Shown: piece by piece, positions 1 through 9,331 of the stretch
How the letters are laid out: each line of letters opens with the position of its first letter
Numbering within the stretch: the first letter of the stretch is position 1
Source of the DNA: a virus
Lineage: Duplodnaviria; Caudoviricetes
Reading direction: 5' to 3' (one strand)
DNA length: 64,000 bases
Virus record (IMG/VR): IMGVR_UViG_2928768511_000002
Coordinates: 1-64,000 of that record
Made by a program: the position numbers and the translations under genes
Notes under the pieces: generated by a model
Database searches by the model: none
Told to the model about the DNA's origin: nothing
The model's input: only the letters and a program-made list of their open reading frames with translations

Positions 1-105
1 CTAATTTACGAGTTTCGCCAGGACGCCGACGAACACAGCGGCCAGGAGCAGGGCGACCGTGAAGTTCCTGGGGTTCAGGAACTCACGGGCCGGGGTGAGC
101 GGCAT
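1..105 (-). CDS. 34-aa single-TM hypothetical protein
   Basis: ATG at 105 overlaps upstream TGA; hydrophobic FTVALLLAAVFVGVLA. Confidence 0.55.
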   Translation of the reverse strand: MPLTPAREFLNPRNFTVALLLAAVFVGVLAKLVN

Positions 106-554
106 CAGAGATCGCCCTTGCTCTTGGGCGAGCTGCTCGTCTTCACCTTGAGCATGCCGGTCTCGTCGACGATGATGCTGCCGTAGTACCGACACCACTG
201 CACCTTCTTCGCCGGCCAGGGCTTCGACGCCTTGTCCATGATGTCCATGGTGGCGGCGACGGCTCGGGTGACCTCGGGGATCAGCGCAGATCGGTCGTAA
301 TTCAGTCCGTTGACCTGCGCCCTCATAGCGTTGAAGGTCGCTGGAGCGTAGGTGTCGAAGTCGACACCAAGCCTGTCGGCGTACCTCTGGACGGACCCGT
401 CCGGCTGCTCGTAGTTGTCGCACATGGTGGCGACGACGAGTGCCATCGTGCCGCGGACCACGAACTTGATGGTCGGATTGTCCATCTCCGCCTTGGCTGG
501 AGCGGAGACAAGCATCAGCGCCACCGCCGACGCACACAGTGCATGCAGTTTCAT
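105..554 (-). CDS. Secreted hypothetical protein
   Basis: Signal peptide MKLHALCASAVALMLVSAPAKA; high-GC3 codon usage. Confidence 0.75.
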   Translation of the reverse strand: MKLHALCASAVALMLVSAPAKAEMDNPTIKFVVRGTMALVVATMCDNYEQPDGSVQRYADRLGVDFDTYAPATFNAMRAQVNGLNYDRSALIPEVTRAVAATMDIMDKASKPWPAKKVQWCRYYGSIIVDETGMLKVKTSSSPKSKGDL

Positions 555-579
555 TGTTCTCTCTCGTTTTCAGGTGGTG

Positions 580-771
580 TTACTTGTCGTCCGGTTCGGC
601 AGTTTCGATCCTGATCCGGAAGCTCTGCGATACGATGCCGGCGGATTGCTGGGCGTGAACCACGCCGTAGCCTTCGCTGGTGATCGTGCCGAAACCCTTC
701 TCGCGCAGGGCTTCCTGCACGGCCTTCGTGATGTCGGGCGAGCCGGTCGGTGAAACGTATTCCCTTGCCAT
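580..771 (-). CDS. Hypothetical phage protein
   Basis: Coupled to upstream stop; GC3-rich ORF in leftward array. Confidence 0.65.
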   Translation of the reverse strand: MAREYVSPTGSPDITKAVQEALREKGFGTITSEGYGVVHAQQSAGIVSQSFRIRIETAEPDDK

Positions 772-1361
772 TACGGCCTCTCAGGTTTGGTGATTTCGGT
801 GTCGCGCGTCAGATCGATCACGAACTTCTGTCCGTAGATCGCCTTGTCCACGAGGAACCATTTCTCGGTGTGATCGCTGTTGCGCTTGGCGATGACGCCG
901 ACCTTGCCCTCCGGCACCCAGTGCGCCCAATCGCCCCACGCCGCGGTGACGACGTAGTTGCTCCGGTTATTGCGATCGAAAATCTGCTGGTCGCGGACGA
1001 TGGACTGACCCGGTTCGATCCGGACGCCGCAGAACGTCTCGAACCAGTCCGGAAACCAGTTGCGGAGCGTCTCGTGGGCGATCTCCATCTCCGTGCGGTC
1101 AGGCTTGCCCTCGATCTTGATCGTTCGGGTGAAGCCGATCGGATGGACGACAGCGGCGATCGACCATTGACAGTCCTCCTCATACCAGCCGCCTTCGGCT
1201 CGCATGTAGGCCGGCACCGCGGCGTTGCGCTCGCGAGACAACTTGATGCCGCCGTGGCCGGCGGTGGAGACCTGCCAGATGCCAGGAGCCAGCTCTCGCT
1301 TATCCTGGATGGCGCCCCAAGGTGATGACTTGGGGCATGGGGATGACTTATACGGTGACAT
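771..1361 (-). CDS. DUF7007-like protein
   Basis: SPWGAIQ...STAGHGGIKLSRERNAAVP...GGWYEEDCQW signature. Confidence 0.75.
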   Translation of the reverse strand: MSPYKSSPCPKSSPWGAIQDKRELAPGIWQVSTAGHGGIKLSRERNAAVPAYMRAEGGWYEEDCQWSIAAVVHPIGFTRTIKIEGKPDRTEMEIAHETLRNWFPDWFETFCGVRIEPGQSIVRDQQIFDRNNRSNYVVTAAWGDWAHWVPEGKVGVIAKRNSDHTEKWFLVDKAIYGQKFVIDLTRDTEITKPERP

Positions 1362-1367
1362 TGGCGG

Positions 1368-1976
1368 TCAGCTCCAAGGCCCAAAGTCGATCAGCTCCAG
1401 CTCCTCGCCGAGCGCCTTGACGAACTCGGCCGGCTTCTCCTTCGCCTCGAAGGCGCGCTGCACCTCGTCGGGGTAATCGCTGATCAGGTCCGCGTACTTC
1501 CACTGCTTCTCGGCTTCATCCCGGCAGTCTTGGATGAAGTTGTCGCGCTCCCTGGTAGAAGGCGGACACTTGCTGACAAAGGTCTTGCACCGCTCGCGAG
1601 ACGTCCGGTACAGGGCGCGGAGCTTCTCGGTCCCCTTGATCACTGGCTCGACGTCTTCGTCGGTGAAGTTGAGGCAGTAGAGCATGAACTCCGGAACGAA
1701 CTCGAAGTCCCAGCAGATAGCGCCGTCCCTCTCGTCCTCGGTCATGCCGTTCCAGACGCTCTCGATGAGCGACGCCATCTCCCACGCCGCACGGCGCATG
1801 CCGCCAGCTCCATAATCGTCGCAGTACTTGGACATCTGCCGTTCGGCATCCTTGAACGGATGATCGTCGGGCAGCGTCGCGCCGATGAGGAGTCGGGTGT
1901 CTTCGAGCACCGCGTAGGCTGCCATCGCGGTCTCGATGACGAGGTAGTTGGTCTTAATGATCTCGGGCTTTGTCAT
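1368..1976 (-). CDS. Hypothetical phage protein
   Basis: ATG 1976 overlaps stop of upstream gene (ATGA); 202 aa. Confidence 0.7.
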   Translation of the reverse strand: MTKPEIIKTNYLVIETAMAAYAVLEDTRLLIGATLPDDHPFKDAERQMSKYCDDYGAGGMRRAAWEMASLIESVWNGMTEDERDGAICWDFEFVPEFMLYCLNFTDEDVEPVIKGTEKLRALYRTSRERCKTFVSKCPPSTRERDNFIQDCRDEAEKQWKYADLISDYPDEVQRAFEAKEKPAEFVKALGEELELIDFGPWS

Positions 1977-2233
1977 CGGCGTGCATTCCATTGTTCGCTG
2001 TGGACGTATTGGTCGTAGAAGGGCTTGAGGGAGGGGGCGATGCTCAGCCTCACCATCTTTGTGGAGCCGCAACACCAGCTGTCGGTCGGGCAGCAGGCGA
2101 TGCGCGCCAGCTTGCCGGTGTCGTTGCCGCGCTTGTCGAGGACTCCGTCCAGAAGGTGGATGTCCTCGGTGATGCCGCAGTAGGAGCAGGTGCAGGCATC
2201 TTCCGGGTCATGCTTCTCAAGATACCCGGGCAT
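1973..2233 (-). CDS. Small Cys-rich, possible Zn-binding protein
   Basis: CTCSYC and CC..x..CC clusters in 86 aa. Confidence 0.65.
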   Translation of the reverse strand: MPGYLEKHDPEDACTCSYCGITEDIHLLDGVLDKRGNDTGKLARIACCPTDSWCCGSTKMVRLSIAPSLKPFYDQYVHSEQWNARR

Positions 2234-2438
2234 CGATCTTGTCCTTGATCTCCTTGGCGACGCCGACCCAGGCCTCGCCGCTGATCATGGGGCTGTCGAC
2301 GGCCCGCGGCTCGACGCTCGAGATTTTGTCCGACCATTTGCTCAGCGCATCGATCACGAAGAGCTGGGCGAGGGCGCCGTACTTGCTGTGCGTCATCAGC
2401 GCTTTGACGAACGCGATGTTGTCCTTACGCTGTGCCAT
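2217..2438 (-). CDS. Hypothetical protein of a plasmid/phage small-protein type
   Basis: ATG 2438 after AGGAG RBS; NIAFVKALMTHSKYGALAQLFVIDAL. Confidence 0.7.
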   Translation of the reverse strand: MAQRKDNIAFVKALMTHSKYGALAQLFVIDALSKWSDKISSVEPRAVDSPMISGEAWVGVAKEIKDKIDARVS

Positions 2439-2611
2439 TGTCGGCTCCTTAATCCTGCGGGAAGAAGAGAACTGTCGCTTCGAGCTGCGAGCAGAGGGTG
2501 TGGTGGCCGACGAAATGTCCGCACTGCCACCACGCCCACGGAAGGGTGAAGGGAAGATGCGGGCATGCATCGTTCCCCTCGATGCCGGCGAGGTAACCGG
2601 CGTCGTAAAAC

Positions 2612-3004
2612 TCATACGGGTTCATCGAGAGCCTCGATCGGCGTCGCGCGCTTGATCGCCTCGGCGATGATTTGGTTGGCTCGCTCGTAGCCGTCCGACC
2701 TGTCGTTCATCACGACATAGTCCGGCTCGTCGAACAGGGTGTCCGACGCCTTGGACAGGTAGTCTGCCGTGGCGATGTAGGCGTCTGTCTGGTCGCTCTT
2801 GGTCTGCATCAGCAGCGCGCCGTCCAGGCAGCAGCGGCTGATCCGGGTGTATTCGTCGAACCAGAGGCCCGTGAAGTTCTTGACCTGAAGCACGCCGCTC
2901 TCGTCGAGAACCTGAAAGTGGTTGTGGCGGCACCAGCGCGCTGGGTCGCTTAGTTGCTTCTGCATGCCTTCGAGGATGCAGCGGATCGTGCTTCTGTCGG
3001 TCAT
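2612..3004 (-). CDS. Hypothetical protein, DUF6197-like
   Basis: ATG 3004 after AAGGA; LSDPARW...CCLDGALL pattern. Confidence 0.6.
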   Translation of the reverse strand: MTDRSTIRCILEGMQKQLSDPARWCRHNHFQVLDESGVLQVKNFTGLWFDEYTRISRCCLDGALLMQTKSDQTDAYIATADYLSKASDTLFDEPDYVVMNDRSDGYERANQIIAEAIKRATPIEALDEPV

Positions 3005-3024
3005 TTGCGGTCCTTGCATTTAAA

Positions 3025-3081
3025 CAAGGCCCAAGGCGCACCTCGGGCGTGAATTGGGTTGGTGGGCTAGGCGTGCTTCAC
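3025..3081. repeat. 57-bp direct repeat, copy 1 (copy 2 at 3736-3792)
   Basis: 53/57 identity by manual alignment; includes hairpin GCCCGAGG-UGCG-CCUUGGGC on minus-strand RNA. Confidence 0.9.
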
Positions 3082-3324
3082 CGGACGTTGGTCAGTCAGC
3101 TCGTCGTCGCTGATCCAGATGAAGCGATAGGTCGCGTCGTGATCGAAGAGCGCCTTCGTGTTGCTCAGCAGCTCGACGTTGCGCGGATGCACGGCGTAGC
3201 TCGCGCCCCATCCGGTGCGCTGCCGCTCGGCCGCGGTGCCGCGCTTGATGGCCAAGGTGTGGATGTCCTGATAGGTGATGACGAGGTCGCGGCTGACGTA
3301 CTTCCACTGCGGAGGTGTCGGCAT
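3067..3324 (-). CDS. Hypothetical phage protein
   Basis: 85 aa, ATG 3324 just after upstream stop. Confidence 0.65.
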   Translation of the reverse strand: MPTPPQWKYVSRDLVITYQDIHTLAIKRGTAAERQRTGWGASYAVHPRNVELLSNTKALFDHDATYRFIWISDDELTDQRPVKHA

Positions 3325-3326
3325 GA

Positions 3327-3575
3327 TCAGAACTCCGTAATGTGCCGCTCGTAGTAGGCCTTGGTGGCCTCGGCAGCGTCGCAGATAGAGCGGGACGGGA
3401 AGCGGAGCGGGCCCTTGATCTGCTTGCGATAGAGCGGAACCACGTTCAGATCGAAGTGCTGGTCCCACGCGACGATAGGATCGTGGCTGCGAGCCATCGC
3501 GAGGTGCTGCTGGTAGAACGGGCCGGTGTTGACCGCGAAGAGATGCAGGTCGTTGGCGCTGACGATGTGTGTCAT
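3327..3575 (-). CDS. Hypothetical phage protein
   Basis: 82 aa, ATG 3575 coupled to upstream TGA. Confidence 0.65.
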   Translation of the reverse strand: MTHIVSANDLHLFAVNTGPFYQQHLAMARSHDPIVAWDQHFDLNVVPLYRKQIKGPLRFPSRSICDAAEATKAYYERHITEF

Positions 3576-3718
3576 CAGATCACCCCGAACACGAAGTGCA
3601 GGAGGATCCAGACGGGCAGGGCGAGGATCAGGCAGGCCCATGCGATGTTGATCGCCACCGCGAACAGCATCAGGCCGATGCCGACCAGAGTGCCTGCGAT
3701 CATTCCGAGCGTTTTCAT
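3575..3718 (-). CDS. 47-aa membrane protein
   Basis: MKTLGMIAGTLVGIGLMLFAVAINIAWACLILALPVWILLHFVFGVI, translated by hand. Confidence 0.6.
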   Translation of the reverse strand: MKTLGMIAGTLVGIGLMLFAVAINIAWACLILALPVWILLHFVFGVI

Positions 3719-3735
3719 TTGCGTTTGCCTTCATG

Positions 3736-3792
3736 CAAGGCCCAAGGCGCACCTCGGGCGTGAAACGGGTTGGTGGGCTGGACGTGCTTCAC
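3736..3792. repeat. 57-bp direct repeat, copy 2
   Basis: Matches 3025-3081 at 53/57. Confidence 0.9.
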
Positions 3793-4345
3793 GGGCAGAC
3801 GAACCGCCTCCACCGTTTCCAGCTCTCGCTACCACCATCGCGACCACATCCGTGGTCCGGGCCTGAGTTTTGCCGAGAGCGCTCGGCTTCCCTTCATAGG
3901 GACGGCATCCCTACTAGCCCGGCGCGACCCAGGCTCGTCTCGCACATCCCCTCACAGCGTCCGCATGTGCGGCGTCCCGTGTGACGCAAGGCAGGCGCTA
4001 CACTGTGAGGGGACGAAAGGCCCCAGCAGATGGTTTGTGGGCTGCTGGCCCCACTCTGCGTCCGGTCGCTCGCGGTTCACCGGGTAGTCGAATTGTTGCC
4101 GGGAAGCGCCGGCTCGCCACTGCGTTTGGGTCGCAGCAACCAAATACGCTGCCGATTTCTCCGGCTCGCGAACTTCATCATCATGTCCATGGTGGCCATC
4201 ATCGCCAGGCGCGGACCGGCACCTATGTGGCTAGGCCGTTTGAAAGTGAGCGACAGTTAGAAAGATCGCTGCCCTCGGTGGTCCTGCCGTGTTTGCCCCT
4301 CTGCCTCTGGATGACTGCGGCTTGTGACTCGCATCCGGGGCTCCA

Positions 4346-4519
4346 TCACGCCGCCTTCTTAGGTGCGGGTGAAAGCTCTTCCTCGAAACGCAGCCACCTC
4401 ACGCGGTCGGCGTCTCGAATGATGTATTGGCCTTGGCTGTGGCCGATGACCTGCCCGACGAACTTCGGCGCATTGCCGACGCGGGCCGATTGGACCCATT
4501 CGCCCTTCGCGTACTTCAT
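4346..4519 (-). CDS. 57-aa SH3/KOW-like hypothetical protein
   Basis: MKYAKGEWVQSARVGNAPKFVGQVIG..., ATGA overlap with upstream gene. Confidence 0.55.
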   Translation of the reverse strand: MKYAKGEWVQSARVGNAPKFVGQVIGHSQGQYIIRDADRVRWLRFEEELSPAPKKAA

Positions 4520-4743
4520 GCGGCCTCGCTCGGCAGCTTGAAGTGCTCGTAGAGCCAGGTCGGGCCGAACTCGTTGCGGATGGCGTGCAGCGCCGGGTGC
4601 TCCTTGCCGGACCGGTCACGCCAGATGCGGGCGTTGTACCAGTAGGTCATGGAGAGGATATCGCGCCACTTCTTGCCATGCGCCGCGGCGAAGGCCGTGA
4701 TGGACTCCATTTCATCGGCGAGTAGCTGTCGATACTGGCTCAT
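4516..4743 (-). CDS. Hypothetical phage protein
   Basis: 75 aa; AFAAAHGKKWRDILSMTYW; ATGA coupling. Confidence 0.7.
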   Translation of the reverse strand: MSQYRQLLADEMESITAFAAAHGKKWRDILSMTYWYNARIWRDRSGKEHPALHAIRNEFGPTWLYEHFKLPSEAA

Positions 4744-5138
4744 GATGCTTGCTTCTCCTCGGCCGCAGCGGGCTGGGTGTCGAGACCTCGCAGCTGGGCG
4801 ATCAACTCGCGGGTTAGGCGGGCTTCATCGGGGTGGCCAAGCTCCTCGTCGCTATCCTCCATCGCGATCAAGGCAGCGATGATGCGGTGGAGGCCGCCAC
4901 GGAAGATCACGTCCCGATCGGCAGCGGTGACAATCGTCGGGCGCACGTATCCCGTGCCCTCGACGTAGTCGTACTTCTTCTCGATGATCTCATGGACCAC
5001 CATCTCCGGCTGGTAGATGTTGGAGGTGATGACCGCAGCGCGGATCAGATCGGTCCAGTCGCTAGGCTTGTCGCCCCAGCCCTTGACCATGTCCAGATCG
5101 ACCGAGAACGTCATGGTGATGGCGCAGCGCTTCTTCAT
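4740..5138 (-). CDS. Hypothetical phage protein
   Basis: ATG 5138 after GGAG; 132 aa. Confidence 0.7.
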   Translation of the reverse strand: MKKRCAITMTFSVDLDMVKGWGDKPSDWTDLIRAAVITSNIYQPEMVVHEIIEKKYDYVEGTGYVRPTIVTAADRDVIFRGGLHRIIAALIAMEDSDEELGHPDEARLTRELIAQLRGLDTQPAAAEEKQAS

Positions 5139-5139
5139 G

Positions 5140-5391
5140 TCAGGCTCTCCCGGGTTCAGCCCAGACGCCGGCCGCCACCTCGTACATGCGAGGGGTGCAG
5201 TAGCCGACGAACTTGGCGCCGCAGTCGAGCGCGAAGGCAGCGTCGCGGCGGTCGGTGGTGACGTAGGCGCGGCCGGCTTCATCCTCGAAGGTGAAGGTCG
5301 GTAGGCCTTGGCGCAGGTAGTTGTCGGCCGCCTTGAGCGCGCGGACGCGGCTCTCGATGATGACGGGATCGGTGTGTGGCATCAGGTCCAT
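5140..5391 (-). CDS. Hypothetical phage protein
   Basis: ATG 5391 after GAGGA; first gene downstream of motif cluster 5411-5443. Confidence 0.65.
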   Translation of the reverse strand: MDLMPHTDPVIIESRVRALKAADNYLRQGLPTFTFEDEAGRAYVTTDRRDAAFALDCGAKFVGYCTPRMYEVAAGVWAEPGRA

Positions 5392-5469
5392 GGCTTCCTC
5401 GTTGGCGCTATTTGCACGAAGGCGAACTTGAATGCAAGTGCAAACGCGCCCTAATTCGAGCAAATTTCT

Positions 5470-5509
5470 ATGAGAGAAAAGAGAGTGCGGGAGGCCCGAT
5501 CAGGGCCTC
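5470..5509 (-). terminator. Probable intrinsic terminator
   Basis: Hairpin GAGGCCC/GGGCCTC (5491-5509) followed on minus strand by pyrimidine/U-rich tract. Confidence 0.5.
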
Positions 5510-5775
5510 GCGGGGGTCTCCAGACCACCCGGAATAATTCGCAATTTCGGCCCCCGAAAATGTCCAAAGGCGGAAATATTCGCCACGAGGATTGAATTTT
5601 CGAAGGCCGCCTCCAGCTCCTCGACCGTGTTCCTGATCACGGAGACGGGGATGCCACGAGAGCCCAGGACGCAGGCCGCCTCGGCCAGTAGGGCGCTCTG
5701 ACTGGGGGTAATGCCGGACCTGAGAGAGTAGGTCTGGTAGGCACGCAACAGACGATCGCGCATCGGTTCCTCCAT
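5500..5775 (-). CDS. Hypothetical protein
   Basis: 91-aa ORF in leftward array. Confidence 0.55.
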   Translation of the reverse strand: MEEPMRDRLLRAYQTYSLRSGITPSQSALLAEAACVLGSRGIPVSVIRNTVEELEAAFENSILVANISAFGHFRGPKLRIIPGGLETPARP

Positions 5776-6247
5776 GCGTCGAGCAAGCCGGACCAGCCGG
5801 CGGTGATTTCAGGAAACCCCTTCAGATCCAGCGTATCGTGGGCCGTCCGCCAATCGCGGGCCGCCCGACCATCTGCACCTCAGGCTTAAGCAGCCATAGG
5901 AGGAGCAAGGGACATGAGAGATGCCAGTAGAGGGGTCAGGGATGGGGATGAGGCAGGCACGATTGCAGTGGTCGTGACCGGCACAAGAGCCAGTTTGCAG
6001 CTCCAACGCAGCACAAACAGCCACCTACTAAGCAACCGGACCCGGACCAGCCAATTTTTCGCCGCGCCGCCTCTTGCGCATCCCATAAAAGGAAATTGCA
6101 TTTTCGCGTCCTTCGAGGCACGGATTTGCACACCTGAGCACAAGATGTTGTGCCGTACAGATGCAAATCGGTACCCAAGTATGCAAATCACCGGGCTGGT
6201 ATCGCCCGATGATCTACATCTTGTGCATTCATGCAAACGACAGGGCG

Positions 6248-6439
6248 TCAGCGCATGGGTGCGAGGCGCTCGATCCAGTCGTCGACGTAGCGATGGGCCT
6301 GCACGCCGCGCTCGTCCTTGAGGACAGCTTCGCGGAACTGGCGCCTGATCGTGCCGGACTGGTCGAAGAGCTGCGGCCTTGTGTCGAGCAGCTGCTTGAG
6401 GCGGGCGTGTGCGCGCCGGATGCCGAACTGCTTAGCCAT
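6248..6439 (-). CDS. Hypothetical protein
   Basis: 63 aa, GGAG RBS, GC3-rich. Confidence 0.65.
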   Translation of the reverse strand: MAKQFGIRRAHARLKQLLDTRPQLFDQSGTIRRQFREAVLKDERGVQAHRYVDDWIERLAPMR

Positions 6440-6536
6440 GGAGACCTCCCATCATGATGCCGGCGAAGGCGAACAGCATGAGGATGATGCAGCCGGTGGC
6501 GACGTCCACCTTCGCGTTGAGGATCTTGGCGATCAT
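6432..6536 (-). CDS. 34-aa membrane protein
   Basis: MIAKILNAKVDVATGCIILMLFAFAGIMMGGLHG; ATGA overlap. Confidence 0.55.
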   Translation of the reverse strand: MIAKILNAKVDVATGCIILMLFAFAGIMMGGLHG

Positions 6537-7009
6537 GTGCGTGCCTTCGTGGTCAGACCGAAGCCACCGATGGTGATGCGCTTCGAGAACGGGTTGATCT
6601 GGATGACGCCCCGGGCCCGGCCGGATGCGTCCTCGACGGTGACGGTGCGGGTCTGCCGGTACTCGGGCAGTTCGCAGTCCTTGCCGGTCGCGTACGGGTC
6701 ACGCGGACGCCGCTTACGGGGCTTCTCGAACGCGATACGCCCGCGCGGTGCCGGATCGTGGATGGACTTCGGCTCGGCGCGACGCGACACCGGGACGAGA
6801 CCAGGCGTGACCGCCTTGCAGTCGGGCAGGTCGAAGGTCTCGTACTCCGTGATGAAGTCGCTGAACCGCGCGTAGCTCTCCGCATCCTCGTCGACGTGTG
6901 CGACGGGGGCGGGGGCTTGGGTGTGCTTCCGCTTCACGCGCTGGGCCTTGGCCAGCTCGACGGTACGGAGGATAGCTGCGATGTTGCGGGACATGGCGCG
7001 GTATCTCAT
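6533..7009 (-). CDS. Hypothetical basic protein
   Basis: 158 aa, coupled to neighbours. Confidence 0.7.
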   Translation of the reverse strand: MRYRAMSRNIAAILRTVELAKAQRVKRKHTQAPAPVAHVDEDAESYARFSDFITEYETFDLPDCKAVTPGLVPVSRRAEPKSIHDPAPRGRIAFEKPRKRRPRDPYATGKDCELPEYRQTRTVTVEDASGRARGVIQINPFSKRITIGGFGLTTKART

Positions 7010-7227
7010 CAGGCGAGTTCGAGGGAGAGGTTGCGGGCGATGACTTGGCCCCAGTCGCCGAGCCGGCTGTATTCCTCGGTGAGGTAGCCGTGCATCTCGT
7101 CGCTATCCATGAACGAGAGCTCGTCCCGGAGGCTCAGGATGAGGTCGTCGGGGACGCTGCGGGGGATGGCGTGTGTACGGCGCAGATTGTCGGCGACGTT
7201 GCGCCGCACGGATGCTGTGCGAAACAT
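7009..7227 (-). CDS. Hypothetical protein
   Basis: 72 aa, ATG 7227. Confidence 0.6.
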   Translation of the reverse strand: MFRTASVRRNVADNLRRTHAIPRSVPDDLILSLRDELSFMDSDEMHGYLTEEYSRLGDWGQVIARNLSLELA

Positions 7228-7410
7228 TGGGTAGGCTCCGGACTGGATAGGGGTGGGGGGTCGTGCGACCCGGCTTGGAAAATTGCCAAATTGAACAGCT
7301 TGGGTGCTTCCGGACCCCCGGAGAAAATCCGGGATTTGGGCAGCACCAAAACCCCACCCGATCGCTCGGGTGAGGCTAGGTCTACTCCGCGGGTTTTGTG
7401 GGGGCGGCGC

Positions 7411-8178
7411 TTAGGCCGCGATCAACTCCGGAGTCGCTTCCGCGATCGCTTCCGCGTCGTCGCTGGCGAAAGCCTCCGTAACAGCGGCCTCCGTTGCGAC
7501 CCGTTCCAGATAGAGCGCCTGAATACGCTCCGCCAGAATGGCCAGATCGGTCATGGTCATGTCGCCAGCGCGCTTAAGCATGGCGTCAATCGGATTGACT
7601 TCCTGCTTTTGCTTTGGCGTCGGCGCCAAGGCGGACTCCAGCGCGGCATAGGTCGTGCCGTAGGTTTCCGCGACGAACGAATGGAAATGTTCCATCTGCC
7701 CGTTAGCGTCGGCGCCGGCTTCCTTCAAGGCGCGAAGGTTGCGCAGCGTATCCGCGTGGTTGGTCACGACGTCCGTCATAAGGCGCATGGATTGCGTCTT
7801 GAGCCGGGCGAGTCCATCGATCAAGCGCGACCCCTTGGCCTTCTTGTCGATATACTCCGCCGCCGCCTTGCGCCGCGTTTCCGGCTTCATTGCCGCGAAG
7901 GCGTCGACAATGTGCGCGGTATCGCGCCAAACCGGGTTGCCCTTGAAAGCGAACTCTTTCAGGAAGGCGCGGAACGTGGCCTTATTGGCCTTGATGGAAG
8001 CATCCGACTCGAGCGTTTCGCCCGTTTCCATCCGTTCCAGCTGCTTAGCAGCCAGCACAAGGCCCAAGGCCACGGTAGCGTCATAGCAGGCGGAGTCGAC
8101 GTTTCCGACGCTCTTAACAGCCGCGTTAAGAGCAATCTGGCCCAAAGTCTTGGGGTTGTTTGCGGGCGAGTTGGTCAT
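7411..8178 (-). CDS. Ala-rich helical hypothetical protein, first gene of leftward arm
   Basis: ATG 8178 (MTNSPANN), 255 aa, distinct codon usage. Confidence 0.75.
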   Translation of the reverse strand: MTNSPANNPKTLGQIALNAAVKSVGNVDSACYDATVALGLVLAAKQLERMETGETLESDASIKANKATFRAFLKEFAFKGNPVWRDTAHIVDAFAAMKPETRRKAAAEYIDKKAKGSRLIDGLARLKTQSMRLMTDVVTNHADTLRNLRALKEAGADANGQMEHFHSFVAETYGTTYAALESALAPTPKQKQEVNPIDAMLKRAGDMTMTDLAILAERIQALYLERVATEAAVTEAFASDDAEAIAEATPELIAA

Positions 8179-8235
8179 GGTCTCTAGTCCTTTGCGTTTG
8201 TCCGGAGGCCCGGAGGAAATTTGCCGTTTTGACAA

Positions 8236-8930
8236 ACCTCCCCCGTTCCAAGAAACTGATGTTTCTCAGGCAGTTGCGCGTTTTGCGCGGGAGGCCCGGG
8301 CGCCGCGTTGCGTCCGTAGATCAACCATAGGACTCAACTCGAATTGATCCAATCGGAAATTTCACCACATCCAACCTATTGAAATCACAACGTTATTTCC
8401 GCTTATCATTTCGAACAATGCAAATGAAATCAAACGCTTTGCGCAAGAATTCTCTAGTGAAATAAAAAACTTATGACCATTGTTTGCATGATTCAAAATT
8501 GTCTTTGCAATTCGATGTCTTGACACTGTCAAGATTGGGCACAAAGAGAGAACATTTCGGAATTTCATATTAGACTTTGGTCTAGTCTCAACAAAGAAAG
8601 AAAATTCCACGGAGGCCCGGGTCAAGTAGAAGGATTTTTTATTTGAGCATGCCCCTGTGTCGAGCGTCACCCCGAAACTTTCTACCGCTAAAAGGCCATT
8701 TATCAACGGCTTGCACCCCATCGCTCAAACCCCTCCGCAGAACAGCAGCCGAGCCCGTCCATGCGAGTGGCGGCCCCGGTCCGGTAGCAAGTAGCCCTGG
8801 CCTAACCCCTCCCAGCGGCCTCCGCAGCGCCTCGCGTCCCGTTTGCCTTCTGCGTTTGCATTAGCGCAAATCTGGGGCCGCGACAAGGGGGTAAGGGCCT
8901 CGAAAAAGACCCCACCCTATTCGGGAGGTT
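8236..8930. promoter_or_regulatory. AT-rich intergenic control region or candidate origin
   Basis: About 36% GC over 8341-8640 by hand count; GGAGGCCCGG at 8204, 8290, 8611; palindrome at 8855-8870. Confidence 0.5.
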
Positions 8931-9163
8931 CATCTGACCGCCGCGGCGCTTAAAAGGCCCATTGCGGGGTCGACGAGGAGGGCGGCCGACGCGATGAGCA
9001 CCAGGACGGCTGAGATGAGGACCGCTAGGAAGAAATTTTCCATCGCGGTAAACCGGCGGTCCCAGTCACCGTTCCATATACCTGGGTATACCCGCCGAGC
9101 GCTTCGCGCTGAAGATGGGACCTGACCTGCCGCGGCGCGCGTTGGCTCCGATTGGAGACTGAG

Positions 9164-9331
9164 ATGTGCGAGCAGTGCAAAGAACTCGACGACAAGATCG
9201 AGCACTACGAGCGGGTCGCGTCCAGGATCAGCGATGCCCAGACGATCGCCGGCTTGAAGAAGCTCGTTGCCGACTTGCAGCGGAAGCGGGTGGCCCTGCA
9301 TCCTGAGCGGGCTCAGGACGGTGCTGAGTAG
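9164..9331 (+). CDS. 55-aa hypothetical protein (MCEQCKELDDKIEHYERV...)
   Basis: GGAG RBS; CxxC start; TAG lies inside 17-bp repeat. Confidence 0.7.
   Translation: MCEQCKELDDKIEHYERVASRISDAQTIAGLKKLVADLQRKRVALHPERAQDGAE

Noticed and set aside
8362-8721. 119-aa ORF in the AT-rich region
   Set aside because: No RBS, atypical composition, no motif; more likely non-coding
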